Part shown: positions 1-8,649 of the stretch, one piece after another | Layout of the letters: every line of letters starts with the position of its first letter | Position numbering within the stretch: position 1 is the stretch's first letter | Source of the DNA: Candidatus Methylumidiphilus alinenensis | GTDB taxonomy: Bacteria; Pseudomonadota; Gammaproteobacteria; Methylococcales; Methylococcaceae | Length of the DNA stretch: 64,000 bases | NCBI GenBank assembly: GCA_003242955.1 | Contig: QJPH01000143.1 | Span: 15,679-79,678 of the forward strand | Direction of reading: 5' to 3' | Made by a program: the position numbers and the translations under genes | Notes under the pieces: model-generated | Database searches by the model: none | What the model saw: the letters and a program-made list of their open reading frames with translations, nothing else | What the model was told of the DNA's origin: nothing

Positions 1-1824
1 GATGATGCCGCTGTCCAGTTCCTCTTCTTCCAGAAATTTTTCGGCTAGGGCGATAGACCGACTCGGTTTTGAAAACCGAGTCGGTCTTGCTGGCTCGTCC
101 GGGAACAAGTCGGCAATTTGTTCTGCCGCCCAATGTCGCGTGACTTGAACCTTTCGGCCCCCTTCGACATTTTGCATCGCCAAAGCCAAGGTGCGCAACA
201 CTTCCAAACTTCGCTCGGGTCCGGCGCGTCCGGGGCGCAGTTCGCGGGAACGGGACAGCCACAACAGGATGGACTCGTACAATTCGGCGCGTTGTTCCGG
301 CAAACGCTTTTCGTTCCAATGCACCACCGCCAAGGCGGTCAGCATCACCGTGTTGCGGGCAAGGCGGCGGATGTTGGGGCGGCCATTCAAGGCTTGCAAC
401 AATTCCAGACGATGGGCTTCCGCCACTTTGGTGTCGGTTGGATGCAGGGCACGGCTCCAACGGTCCAGGAAAGTTTCCACCGCATGATCGTTCAAAGCTT
501 CGATAGTGCTAGGCTGGAAATTCGGCAACACCGAGCGGTCTTGATAGCCGGAAGGCCGGGAGGTGACGAGGATGGGGCATTGCTTCCACGTCGCGGCGAC
601 GGCTTCCAGCAATTCGGTGGCGAATTCGCGGGTTTTGCGATCTGAGGCTTCGTCCAGGCCGTCGAACAACAGCAGGCAATCACCCTGATTCAATCTTTCC
701 TTGAACCAGGTTGCATCCAAGCCCCATTCCCGGCTGGCCGATTGGCTGTCAAGAAAATGCACCAGCCATTGCGGGTTTTTGGTGGTGGTGGGTGGTTGCA
801 TTGATTGTTGACCCGCATCACCAACCCCTTTCCAAGAACTACCGCAGACCGACTCGGTTTTGGAAACCGAGTCGGTCTTCATATGGGCGACATGCTCCAA
901 CCATTCCGCAATCGACACAAAAACCGGCAGTAGTGGGCGGGTAAGCCCGAGTAATTTCTCTGCGGCTTTGTCTGTGACACCCAACCGGTCCCCTGCCAAG
1001 GTGTGGGCAATCCAGCGTAGAAAGGTCGTCTTGCCTGCGCCGGGGTCGCCCACGACCACGCGGCGCGGATGGCCTAGGGTGTTTTTCAGCTTGCCACCGC
1101 CCGTGATGTCCAGTTCGATATACAGGTCTGCAATCGGGAAGCGGTGCGCCTTGCCGCTGCCGACATGCAGGCCACGTATGTCGATGTGGGCGCATTCTTC
1201 ATACAATTGGGCTAGATAGCGCTCGGGGTTGGCTTGGGCTTTAGCTTGCGACTTGGCAATGGGTGCAAAGCTCGGGTTATTGACTAGCCAGTCTTTCAAC
1301 GCGGACTCGACTTTGCGTTCCAGTTCCTCGGATGTGGCAAACATGGCACGGATGCGGTTTTGCGTCAACCAAGTTTTAAATTCTTGCAATGCGGCAGTGT
1401 TGCGTTGCACTTCCAGTGCAAGGGCGGGAATTAGGTCATATTTCCCTTGCAAAGCGGCTTCGGTTAAACGGTACGCCTCTTTTTTATCGTCCGGCCATGG
1501 CGCAGTTTCATCAACCACAAACACCAGCAATGCTTTTCGATTGTCCTGCCGAACCGTCCGCTCGCATTCCAGCCGACAAATGCTCTTGTGGTCGGGTTGG
1601 CCTTCCGGCACCCAGCCATAGCGATGGGCGACGATGGCTACGGTCAAATGCGTATCGTCCACCCTCGCCATGCATTCGTCCAATGGCTTGTTATCCTTCG
1701 CTGCCCAATCCTTATTCATGATCGGCAAAAAACCAGACCGTATAGCCGCCGCCTTGGCCTTATCGCGGAACTCTTTCAGGTCCGTAACCGTCGAGGAAAT
1801 AAAGACTTTAGGGGCACCATTCAT
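1..1824 (-). CDS. STAND NTPase: N-terminal DUF4062 (TIR-like) domain fused to a NACHT P-loop module; the 3' end runs off the left edge of the window
   Basis: Absent from the supplied ORF track because its stop lies outside the window. My translation of the minus strand from ATG 1824-1822 stays open to position 1. The N-terminus MNGAPKVFISSTVTDLKEFRDKAK is DUF4062-type. Walker A is VVVGDPGAGKTTFLRWI (GKTT at 1024-1035) and Walker B is CLLLFDGLDE (~655-690). The helical region NTVMLTALAVVHWNEKRLPEQRAELYE is NACHT-like. The + strand ORFs listed between 118 and 1893 are shadow ORFs. Confidence 0.8.
   Translation of the reverse strand, partial: MNGAPKVFISSTVTDLKEFRDKAKAAAIRSGFLPIMNKDWAAKDNKPLDECMARVDDTHLTVAIVAHRYGWVPEGQPDHKSICRLECERTVRQDNRKALLVFVVDETAPWPDDKKEAYRLTEAALQGKYDLIPALALEVQRNTAALQEFKTWLTQNRIRAMFATSEELERKVESALKDWLVNNPSFAPIAKSQAKAQANPERYLAQLYEECAHIDIRGLHVGSGKAHRFPIADLYIELDITGGGKLKNTLGHPRRVVVGDPGAGKTTFLRWIAHTLAGDRLGVTDKAAEKLLGLTRPLLPVFVSIAEWLEHVAHMKTDSVSKTESVCGSSWKGVGDAGQQSMQPPTTTKNPQWLVHFLDSQSASREWGLDATWFKERLNQGDCLLLFDGLDEASDRKTREFATELLEAVAATWKQCPILVTSRPSGYQDRSVLPNFQPSTIEALNDHAVETFLDRWSRALHPTDTKVAEAHRLELLQALNGRPNIRRLARNTVMLTALAVVHWNEKRLPEQRAELYESILLWLSRSRELRPGRAGPERSLEVLRTLALAMQNVEGGRKVQVTRHWAAEQIADLFPDEPARPTRFSKPSRSIALAEKFLEEEELDSGII
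55..87. repeat. 33-nt palindromic element, family P (AGACCGACTCGGTTTT-G-AAAACCGAGTCGGTCT), copy 1, inside the NACHT CDS
   Basis: Perfect 16-bp arms. The same element occurs at 846-878, 53155-53187 and 58662-58695, with a half copy at 54941-54952. 33 nt equals 11 codons, and it is read through on the minus strand as ARPTRFSKPSRS. Confidence 0.9.
846..878. repeat. 33-nt palindromic element, family P, copy 2, inside the NACHT CDS between Walker A and Walker B
   Basis: Sequence is AGACCGACTCGGTTT-TGG-AAACCGAGTCGGTCT. It is read through in a different phase from copy 1, as KTDSVSKTESV, with no stop codon. Confidence 0.9.
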
Positions 1825-1875
1825 AGAGCGGTTCCAACAAAAAATACCGATTCAAAAAAGGAAGCGGTCAACGGG

Positions 1876-2022
1876 TCACTGCCATTAAGTTAAGGAAAAA
1901 ACCGTCGTTCCGGCAGGGAGTGCCGGAACCTATAGGCCATGGAGGGCGGGCTAGATTCACCTCCCTGTGTTCTGGATACCGGCAATCCATGCCGGTATGA
2001 CGGCTTAACTTAATGGCAGTGA
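1876..2022. mobile_element. MITE family A, 147-bp copy
   Basis: 19-bp terminal inverted repeats TCACTGCCATTAAGTTAAG / CTTAACTTAATGGCAGTGA enclose GC-rich hairpin modules (CGTCGTTCCGGCAGGGAGTGCCGGAAC...). It is flanked by a GTCAACGG direct duplication (1867-1874 and 2023-2030). A second full copy lies at 17054-17200. Confidence 0.8.
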
Positions 2023-2078
2023 GTCAACGGATGCGATTAAATTGATGCATACGACAATGCTATACATGAAATTACGTC

Positions 2079-2157
2079 GGGAGTGCAAGGCTTGCCTTGC
2101 TTGCACACCCCATCGCAAGGCAAGCCTTGCACTCCCGCATCACTTTTAATCGCACCC
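2079..2157. repeat. REP-like hairpin element, family F
   Basis: GGGAGTGCAAGGCTTGCCTTGC ... GCAAGGCAAGCCTTGCACTCCC followed by the tail GCATCACTTTTAATCGCACCC. A near-identical copy lies at 53684-53762 and a partial copy at 37498-37520. Confidence 0.8.
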
Positions 2158-2169
2158 TGCTATCCATGG

Positions 2170-3018
2170 CTACTCGACAGTCACCCCATCCCCGCGCCGG
2201 ACAATCCCGGTTGACACCACCCTGGCATAGACACCAACGCTAGGCAGGGATTTTCCGGCAAATGGCACATGCACCCGGTTTTGCGCGATACCCTTGCTGA
2301 AGATACCGTTGTCTTTCGGCAAATCGCCTTGGGCTAAGGTCGGCATCACGCAGCGTGGGCAGGGGTCGGTTATTTGCAAGCGGACGGATTCGCCGATGCG
2401 TAGCATCTTGCCCACCCAATCGTTTTCGACAAAACCTTCCAAGCCTGCCGTGTCAATCACTAAATTCGGGCGGAAGCGCCTGACCTCGAAGCGGCCTTGC
2501 GGATACAAGCCACGCAATTGGTCGATGGTGCTGGTGGTCAAAATATGCAGGGTGGAATAATCGAAAAAAGTGCCGTCTGGCGCGTCGCCGGCTATCGCAG
2601 CCCGAATGACCTCGTTATCTTTTCCCTCATTGTCGGGACAGAACTCTTCAAGAACGGGCGATGCGGGTGCGGAAGAGCGGAAATTGACCGGACGGGACAG
2701 GGCTTGCGACAAGGCTTCATCCACATCGGGCTGGTCACTGCGAACCACTTCGCCGGTAGGCAGGGTGATCCAAATTGCGGGCAGGGTTCCAGAGGCCGGT
2801 GGAGCCACATAGGCAGCGCGGTAGGCAAAAAAATCAGGCCACTTTTTGGGGTTCTTGGCACTGACGACCTGCCCGGTTTCCTTGTCTATCAGCGCATAGG
2901 CGCGGTCGCCCAAAACACCTAGGGTGGTGATTTCGGAGGCGTTGAGTTCCTCTCCCAGCATTGACTTGACCGGGTATCGCCATACGGTGGAAACTGAATG
3001 TGAAGATGAGTTTGACAT
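2170..3018 (-). CDS. MOSC domain-containing protein
   Basis: MSNSSSHSVSTVWRYPVKSMLGEE is a MOSC N-terminal beta-barrel type start, and the C-terminal MOSC region includes ITDPCPRCVMPT. I moved the start to ATG 3018, because the first 70 codons of the tracked ORF (to 3228) read through repeat family H. Confidence 0.75.
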   Translation of the reverse strand: MSNSSSHSVSTVWRYPVKSMLGEELNASEITTLGVLGDRAYALIDKETGQVVSAKNPKKWPDFFAYRAAYVAPPASGTLPAIWITLPTGEVVRSDQPDVDEALSQALSRPVNFRSSAPASPVLEEFCPDNEGKDNEVIRAAIAGDAPDGTFFDYSTLHILTTSTIDQLRGLYPQGRFEVRRFRPNLVIDTAGLEGFVENDWVGKMLRIGESVRLQITDPCPRCVMPTLAQGDLPKDNGIFSKGIAQNRVHVPFAGKSLPSVGVYARVVSTGIVRRGDGVTVE

Positions 3019-3070
3019 GTTGGCTTGCTCTTTATTATGGTTATTAGCGCGAACGTCCTGTTTTCTGCTC

Positions 3071-3177
3071 GTTCCCAAGCTCCAGCTTGGGAATGCGGTT
3101 TTTGAAGCTCCAGCTTCCCGAGAAACGATCAAGCAGAAGCTTGCAAGGCATGGGTTCCCAAGCTGGAGCTTGGGAAC
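3071..3177. repeat. Inverted-repeat element, family H (GTTCCCAAGCTCCAGCTTGGGAA ... TTCCCAAGCTGGAGCTTGGGAAC)
   Basis: Long terminal inverted repeats are visible directly. It shares the CCAAGCTGGRGCTTGG core with the interior of family D MITEs. Confidence 0.7.
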
Positions 3178-3218
3178 CAGCCAAAAATAAGGCTGGTCGT
3201 CAATGGGAAACGCTGTAT

Positions 3219-4181
3219 TCACTCCCAAACCGTATCCGGCTGGGCCAGCTTATCCAGCAATTTGAGATAGCGCAGGTGACGGGCCGGGGCGATTTCGCCA
3301 TTTTCCACCCCCTCGCGCACGGCGCAGCCTTTGTCGTTAATGTGGCGGCAGTCGTTAAAGCGGCAGTGGCCGATATGGGCTTGGAATTCGCGGTAACCCC
3401 AGGCCAAGTCCTGGCCTTTGATTTCGGCCAGGCCAAACACGGCGACACCGGGGCTGTCGATCAAATAGCCACCTTCCGGCAAATTATAAAGCGTTGCGGC
3501 GGTGGTAGTGTGACGGCCTAGGCCACTGCGCTCGGAGATTTCCCCTGTGCGCAGGTTTTTTTCCGGCAACAAAGTATTAGTCAGGGAGGATTTGCCAACG
3601 CCTGATTGGCCTGCAAATATCGAGCAATGCCCATGCAAGGCGTGTTTCAGTTCGACCATGCCGAGTCCCTTGTGTGCACTAACCGGATGGACCGGGTAGC
3701 CGATGCGGACGTAATCATTCAATTCGGCGAGTGCATGATCCCGGTCCTCGGCCAAGTCGATTTTGTTATAGATGATTTCGGCGGGAATCTGGCGAAATTC
3801 ACACACCGCCAGATATTGATCGACCAGCAACCAATCCGGTGCCGGGGAGGGTGAAATGACGATGAACACCCGGTCTAAATTGGCTGCCACCACCTTTAAC
3901 TTACCCGCATAACCAGGGCGGATGAGCATGGAACTGCGCGGCAGGACTTCTTCCACCCGGCCTTGCACCCCATCCTCGCTAGGTGCCCACTTCACCCTAT
4001 CGCCGACCGCCACATCGCCTAAGCGACGGCGGGTTTGGCATAAGATGATGTTGCCGTCCGGCGTTTCCACCGCCAAACCCTGCCCCAAATGTGAGATGAC
4101 CAGACCTTCTAGCCAAGAGCTTGGGGAAGGCGTGCCGGCCTTGGGGTGTTGTGGTGAATTGCGGCGGCCTTTTCCTTTCAT
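3219..4181 (-). CDS. rsgA: Ribosome small-subunit-dependent GTPase A
   Basis: The GTPase motif order is circularly permuted: NKIDL (G4) precedes GQSGVGKSSL (G1). The C-terminal zinc motif is CRFNDCRHINDKGC. The start is set at ATG 4181 (MKGKGRR). The longer tracked ORF overlaps the upstream M48 gene. TAATG gives a 1-nt stop/start overlap. Confidence 0.85.
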   Translation of the reverse strand: MKGKGRRNSPQHPKAGTPSPSSWLEGLVISHLGQGLAVETPDGNIILCQTRRRLGDVAVGDRVKWAPSEDGVQGRVEEVLPRSSMLIRPGYAGKLKVVAANLDRVFIVISPSPAPDWLLVDQYLAVCEFRQIPAEIIYNKIDLAEDRDHALAELNDYVRIGYPVHPVSAHKGLGMVELKHALHGHCSIFAGQSGVGKSSLTNTLLPEKNLRTGEISERSGLGRHTTTAATLYNLPEGGYLIDSPGVAVFGLAEIKGQDLAWGYREFQAHIGHCRFNDCRHINDKGCAVREGVENGEIAPARHLRYLKLLDKLAQPDTVWE

Positions 4182-5422
4182 TAGGACTTCGATTCTAAAT
4201 TGGCGATGCGAATGGCGGCCGGTGGGTGGCTGTAATGGAATGCCGAGTATAATGGGTCGGGCGTCAGTGTGCTGGCGTTGTCGCGGTAGAGCTTGACTAG
4301 GGCGCTGATGAGATCGCGTGGACGTGCGTAAACGGAGGCGAAATCGTCTGCCTCGAATTCGAACTTGCGCTGGAAATAGGCCATCGTCGGTTGCAAAAAC
4401 AGCGTAAACGAAGGCATTGCCAGCATGAACAACAATAAAGCGGTTGAATTGGATTGCTGGCTCACCCCCAGCCCCTCGTAAAACCAGTTTTGCCCCATCA
4501 ACCAACCCAACAGCCCGAGCCCTACCAAGCTGATGACGGCGCTGGTGATCAGCATTTTCAGCACATGCTTGCGTTTGAAGTGTCCCAACTCATGGGCCAG
4601 CACCGCCTCTAATTCCTCATGGCTGAGGGAATTGACCAAGGTATCGAAAAACACAATTCGCTTGTTGTTGCCAATCCCAGTGAAGTAGGCGTTGCCGTGG
4701 CCTGAGCGGCGGGAACCGTCCATGACAAAGATGCCCTTGCTATGAAAGCCGCAACGGCCCAGCAAGGCTTCAATGCGTTCGCGCAAGGTAGCATCCTCCA
4801 ATGGTGAAAACTTATTGAACAGCGGCGCGATCAATGTGGGGAAGGCCCAACTCATTAAAATCGAAAAGCTTTGCAAGATTGCCCAAGCCAAAACCCACCA
4901 CAACGGCCCTACCGTTCCCATCACCCACAAGATCAAGGCCAATAGCGGCCCACCGATGGCTAGCCCTAAAGCCAGTTGCAATAAATGGTCTTTGGCGTAT
5001 TGTAAAGGCGTATTACGATTGAAGCCAAAGCGATCTTCAAGATCGAAGGTCATATAAATGCTGATTGGCAAATCAATTAATTGTATCAGCAGCAAAGTGG
5101 ATAGAATGACGGTCACTCCAGTCAAGATCGTGGGCCATTCAAACCCCATCCAAAATTCTGCCACCCGGTCGATGCCGCCGCCCAGCGTAAACAGCATCAG
5201 TACGGCAAGGCTGACCGCACGGTCAACTTCGCCAAGCTTGGCCTTGGCTAGAGTATAATCGGCCGCCTTTTGGTGTGCCTCCAGCGTAATGCTGTCGCGG
5301 AAAGCAACCGGAACCGAATCGCGATGGGCTAGGACATAGGCGCATTGCCGTCTTGCCAACCAATATTCCACGCCATAGGATATGACGACAGCGAACAGAA
5401 AAATTATTGTAAATGCATTCAT
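4181..5422 (-). CDS. M48 family (Ste24-type) integral-membrane zinc metalloprotease
   Basis: Multiple hydrophobic segments followed by the HELGH zinc motif (LAHELGHFKRKH). Confidence 0.8.
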   Translation of the reverse strand: MNAFTIIFLFAVVISYGVEYWLARRQCAYVLAHRDSVPVAFRDSITLEAHQKAADYTLAKAKLGEVDRAVSLAVLMLFTLGGGIDRVAEFWMGFEWPTILTGVTVILSTLLLIQLIDLPISIYMTFDLEDRFGFNRNTPLQYAKDHLLQLALGLAIGGPLLALILWVMGTVGPLWWVLAWAILQSFSILMSWAFPTLIAPLFNKFSPLEDATLRERIEALLGRCGFHSKGIFVMDGSRRSGHGNAYFTGIGNNKRIVFFDTLVNSLSHEELEAVLAHELGHFKRKHVLKMLITSAVISLVGLGLLGWLMGQNWFYEGLGVSQQSNSTALLLFMLAMPSFTLFLQPTMAYFQRKFEFEADDFASVYARPRDLISALVKLYRDNASTLTPDPLYSAFHYSHPPAAIRIANLESKS

Positions 5423-5514
5423 TGGTAAACCTTGTTGGATTAATTTGGAAATGGAATGCCGCTTTTTTTTGAAGGGATGTTATCCTTAAGGCACTGGATT
5501 AACAAGGCAACAAA

Positions 5515-6060
5515 ATGGCACAAGACCCGCAAAACCTGATCTGGCTCGACTTGGAAATGACCGGGCTCGACCCAAACAACGATGTGATCATCGAAATTGC
5601 CACGGCAATAACGGATAAAAACCTCAATATATTGGCTACAGGACCCGTTTTGGCAGTGCATCAACCCGAGGCATCTTTAGCTTCCATGGATGATTGGAAC
5701 CAAAAACACCACGGAGGTTCCGGCCTCATTCAACGGGTCAGGGATAGTTCGGTGGACGAGGCCGAAGCCGAGCGACTGACATTGGAATTTATTAGTGCTT
5801 GGACACCCCCGAGAACTTCGCCCCTATGCGGCAATAGCATATGCCAGGACCGCCGTTTTCTCTACCGGTGCATGCCAAAACTCGAAGCTTTTTTCCACTA
5901 CCGAAATTTGGATGTCAGTACCGTCAAGGAACTAGCCGCCCGCTGGGCACCGGAAATTAAGAAAAGTGTCAAAAAATCGAACAATCATTTGGCCATGGAT
6001 GACATTCTGGAATCTATCGCCGAGTTGCAATTTTATCGTAATCATTTCTTCAAATTCTGA
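5515..6060 (+). CDS. orn: Oligoribonuclease
   Basis: DEDDh exonuclease start [13 protein letters not shown], 181 aa, with a typical Orn length and C-terminus. Confidence 0.9.
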   Translation: MAQDPQNLIWLDLEMTGLDPNNDVIIEIATAITDKNLNILATGPVLAVHQPEASLASMDDWNQKHHGGSGLIQRVRDSSVDEAEAERLTLEFISAWTPPRTSPLCGNSICQDRRFLYRCMPKLEAFFHYRNLDVSTVKELAARWAPEIKKSVKKSNNHLAMDDILESIAELQFYRNHFFKF

Positions 6061-6149
6061 GTTACCGGAAAACTGATGTCTTATTGTTGTCTTATATCAT
6101 CCAATCGCTTAGTATCCCAACTAATATAGTCACCTAACACCGATTTTTC

Positions 6150-6947
6150 ATGTCCGTCCATAGCGCAAATAAAACCATCGAAGATGTCCAAAACAGCGAG
6201 GATACCCGCCGGATCGACATTGACCGGGTTGGTATAAAGTCCATACGCCATCCTGTTCTTTTCCGGCAACGCGACGGCGAATTGCAAGCCACCGTGGCCA
6301 TGTTCGACATGACCGTCAATTTGTCACACGAACAGAAAGGAACCCATATGTCCCGCTTCGTCGAAATTCTCAACGAAGAACTAGGGGAGTTGGACATCCG
6401 TACTTTTCCCCAAGTCATCAGCGATATGGCATCTAGGCTCGAAGCAGACCATGCTTACATCGAAACCCACTTCCCGTTGTTTATTCGGAAGAAGGCGCCA
6501 GTAACCAGTGTGCCCAGTTTGCTGGATTACGAGGTCACCCTAACGGGCGAATGGATAGCAGGTTTGTCTAAACTTTGGCTTAAAGTGGTCGTTCCAGTCA
6601 CCAGTCTTTGCCCCTGTTCCAAGAAGATATCCGACTACGGGGCGCATAACCAGCGCTCCCATGTGACTTTGACGGTGCAACCTAGGGAACTCTTATGGGT
6701 GGAGGATTTGATTGATCTCATCGAAAGGCAGGCATCAAGTCAAATTTATGGCCTGTTAAAGCGTGCCGACGAAAAATATGTCACCGAGCGGGCCTACAAC
6801 AACCCGAAGTTTGTAGAGGACATTGTCCGCGATATCGCCAACGACCTTAATCAAAATAAAGCTATTCTTTATTATAAACTGGAAACCGAAAACTTTGAAT
6901 CCATTCATAACCACTCTGCTTATGCGATTATTGAAAGATTCAAATAA
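6150..6947 (+). CDS. folE2: GTP cyclohydrolase I type 2 (FolE2/MptA family)
   Basis: Motifs [21 protein letters not shown] and SLCPCSK are characteristic of FolE2. Length is 265 aa. Confidence 0.85.
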   Translation: MSVHSANKTIEDVQNSEDTRRIDIDRVGIKSIRHPVLFRQRDGELQATVAMFDMTVNLSHEQKGTHMSRFVEILNEELGELDIRTFPQVISDMASRLEADHAYIETHFPLFIRKKAPVTSVPSLLDYEVTLTGEWIAGLSKLWLKVVVPVTSLCPCSKKISDYGAHNQRSHVTLTVQPRELLWVEDLIDLIERQASSQIYGLLKRADEKYVTERAYNNPKFVEDIVRDIANDLNQNKAILYYKLETENFESIHNHSAYAIIERFK

Positions 6948-6968
6948 AAAATCACTACGAGGTTATCC

Positions 6969-7964
6969 ATGAAAGCCATACTGATGACTCAGACAGGTGG
7001 GCCAGAACTCCTAACTTTAGCGGATATTCCCGAACCCACGATTACCGAACCGACCCAGATCAAAGTACGCTTGAAAGCCGCCGGGATTAACCCAGTAGAC
7101 ACCAAGCTGCGTAGGCGCGGCGTATTCTATGACAATGCCCTCCCGGCGGTTTTGGGCTGCGATGGTGCGGGTGTGGTGGTGGAGACAGGAAGCGCAGTCG
7201 GCAAATTCAAGGTCGGCGACAACGTATGGTATTGCCATGGAGGCTTGGGCGGCGATCAAGGAAATTATGCCGAGTACAATGTTCTGGACGAGCGCTGGGT
7301 CGCCCATATGCCCAAGACTATCAGCTTTGAAGAAGCGGCAGCGGGGCCTTTGGTATTGATTACCGCCTGGGGCGCACTGTATGACCGGGCTAGGCTACAG
7401 GAATCCAATACCGCGCTGATTCACGCCGGTGCAGGCGGTGTTGGGCATGTCGCCATACAATTGGCCCGGCTCCACGGGGCAAAAGTCATTACAACCGTTG
7501 GAACTGATAACAAAGTCGCACTGACAAGGTCTTGGGGTGCCGACGAGGTAATCAACTACCGGGACCAGGATTTTGTCGAAGCCGTCAACCGATTGACCGA
7601 CGGTAGAGGAGCTGAGGTGGTTCTGGAATCGGTGGGCCCGGAGGTTTTTGAACGCAGCATCAATTGCACCGCCTATTTTGGCACGATAGTCACCTTGCTT
7701 GAAATCGGCAATGCCAGCCTTAAAGAAGCGCGCCTAAGAAATTTGCGCATTGGTTTTGAACTGATGCTGACCCCCCAGCTACGCAAACTGAACGTCGGCC
7801 ATGACCTGCAAGTAGACATGCTGAACCAATGTGGAAAATGGATCGACCAAGGCAAGCTGAAAATCCATGTGGGCAAGACCTTCGCCTTAGCTGAGGCCGC
7901 CCAGGCACACGCGCTGATCGAAGAAGGTCACGTGACCGGAAAGCTGGTGTTGAAAATTGATTGA
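6969..7964 (+). CDS. Medium-chain dehydrogenase/reductase (quinone oxidoreductase-like, NAD(P)-binding)
   Basis: GroES-like N-terminal part, Rossmann motif HAGAGGVGHVAIQLA, 331 aa. Confidence 0.75.
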   Translation: MKAILMTQTGGPELLTLADIPEPTITEPTQIKVRLKAAGINPVDTKLRRRGVFYDNALPAVLGCDGAGVVVETGSAVGKFKVGDNVWYCHGGLGGDQGNYAEYNVLDERWVAHMPKTISFEEAAAGPLVLITAWGALYDRARLQESNTALIHAGAGGVGHVAIQLARLHGAKVITTVGTDNKVALTRSWGADEVINYRDQDFVEAVNRLTDGRGAEVVLESVGPEVFERSINCTAYFGTIVTLLEIGNASLKEARLRNLRIGFELMLTPQLRKLNVGHDLQVDMLNQCGKWIDQGKLKIHVGKTFALAEAAQAHALIEEGHVTGKLVLKID

Positions 7965-7989
7965 TAGATGTTACGGAACTGTATAGGCC

Positions 7990-8073
7990 GTAGCCCGGAT
8001 GAAGTGCAGCGAAATTTGGGGGGTGCCATGTTCTCCCGGATTTTCGCTCGCCAAGCGGCTCCATCCGGGCTAC
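7990..8073. repeat. REP-like element, family G (GTAGCCCGGATGRAG ... CTCCATCCGGGCTAC)
   Basis: 15-bp inverted termini are visible. A second copy lies at 8535-8624. Confidence 0.8.
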
Positions 8074-8103
8074 AACACTGCGATTTAGCATCACTGTTAG
8101 TAA

Positions 8104-8267
8104 GGTGATAACCCATAAAAAACATCCCATCCAAAGGCCAAGCTGGGGCTTGGCGCTACCAAAGGAACGCCAAGCCCGAGCTTGGCAAGGTGATTTGCGG
8201 AGGAATTGTTCGTGATTTTCATGGACAATTCATTTCGGTTTTGGTGGGTTCATTATTGGAAATCACC
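8104..8267. mobile_element. MITE family D, 164-bp copy
   Basis: Terminal inverted repeats are GGTGATAACCCATAA / TTATTGGAAATCACC. It is flanked by a TAA duplication (8101-8103 and 8268-8270). Near-identical copies lie at 10000-10164 and, inverted, at 35843-36007. Confidence 0.85.
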
Positions 8268-8301
8268 TAACATCAGCGATAAACTCGAAGAGGAATTTGC
8301 A

Positions 8302-8475
8302 ATGACCGATAACACTGAAAACCTAGTGCTTGAAATTTTACGGCAACTGCGCGGCGACATGACTAGTCTTCGCAGTGAAGTGCGCGATGGCTTTAACCGG
8401 GTTGAGATTCGGCTCGGATATGTGGAACAATCCTTAGCTGGCAATTTGGCGGTATCGGCTTCTGACCGTGATTAG
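8302..8475 (+). CDS. Small hypothetical protein (57 aa)
   Basis: ATG 8302 starts MTDNTENLVLEILRQLRGDMTSLRSEV. The upstream part of the tracked ORF (from 8206) is MITE D sequence. It weakly resembles an untracked 46-aa ORF at 39260-39400. No function is recognisable. Confidence 0.3.
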   Translation: MTDNTENLVLEILRQLRGDMTSLRSEVRDGFNRVEIRLGYVEQSLAGNLAVSASDRD

Positions 8476-8534
8476 ATTCTCAGCCTGAAACAGCGCATTG
8501 AACGGATCGAAAGACGTTTGTGAATCTCTGCATT

Positions 8535-8624
8535 GTAGCCCGGATGGAGCCGCTTGCGGCGTAATCCGGGAGAACGTGGACACAACCCGGATTTGCGCTC
8601 ACCAAGCTGCTCCATCCGGGCTAC
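8535..8624. repeat. REP-like element, family G, copy 2
   Basis: GTAGCCCGGATGGAGCCGC ... GCTGCTCCATCCGGGCTAC. It accounts for the spurious N-terminal extension of the bioA ORF. Confidence 0.8.
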
Positions 8625-8649
8625 GGCCGTTCGCGTTTGCGTAACATCA

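Noticed and set aside
118-1893. Eight + strand ORFs (60-175 aa) listed by the track in the first 1.9 kb
   Set aside because: They are Arg/Gly/Ala/Pro-rich with no motifs, and they all lie antisense to a continuous, motif-rich minus-strand NACHT ORF. They are shadow ORFs.
3019-3228. N-terminal extension of the MOSC ORF; similar extensions of rsgA (4182-4505), bioA (8554-8649), ntrX (32055-32267) and hpf (56182-56265)
   Set aside because: These extensions cross repeat elements or overlap the preceding gene. Internal starts give N-termini typical of each family.
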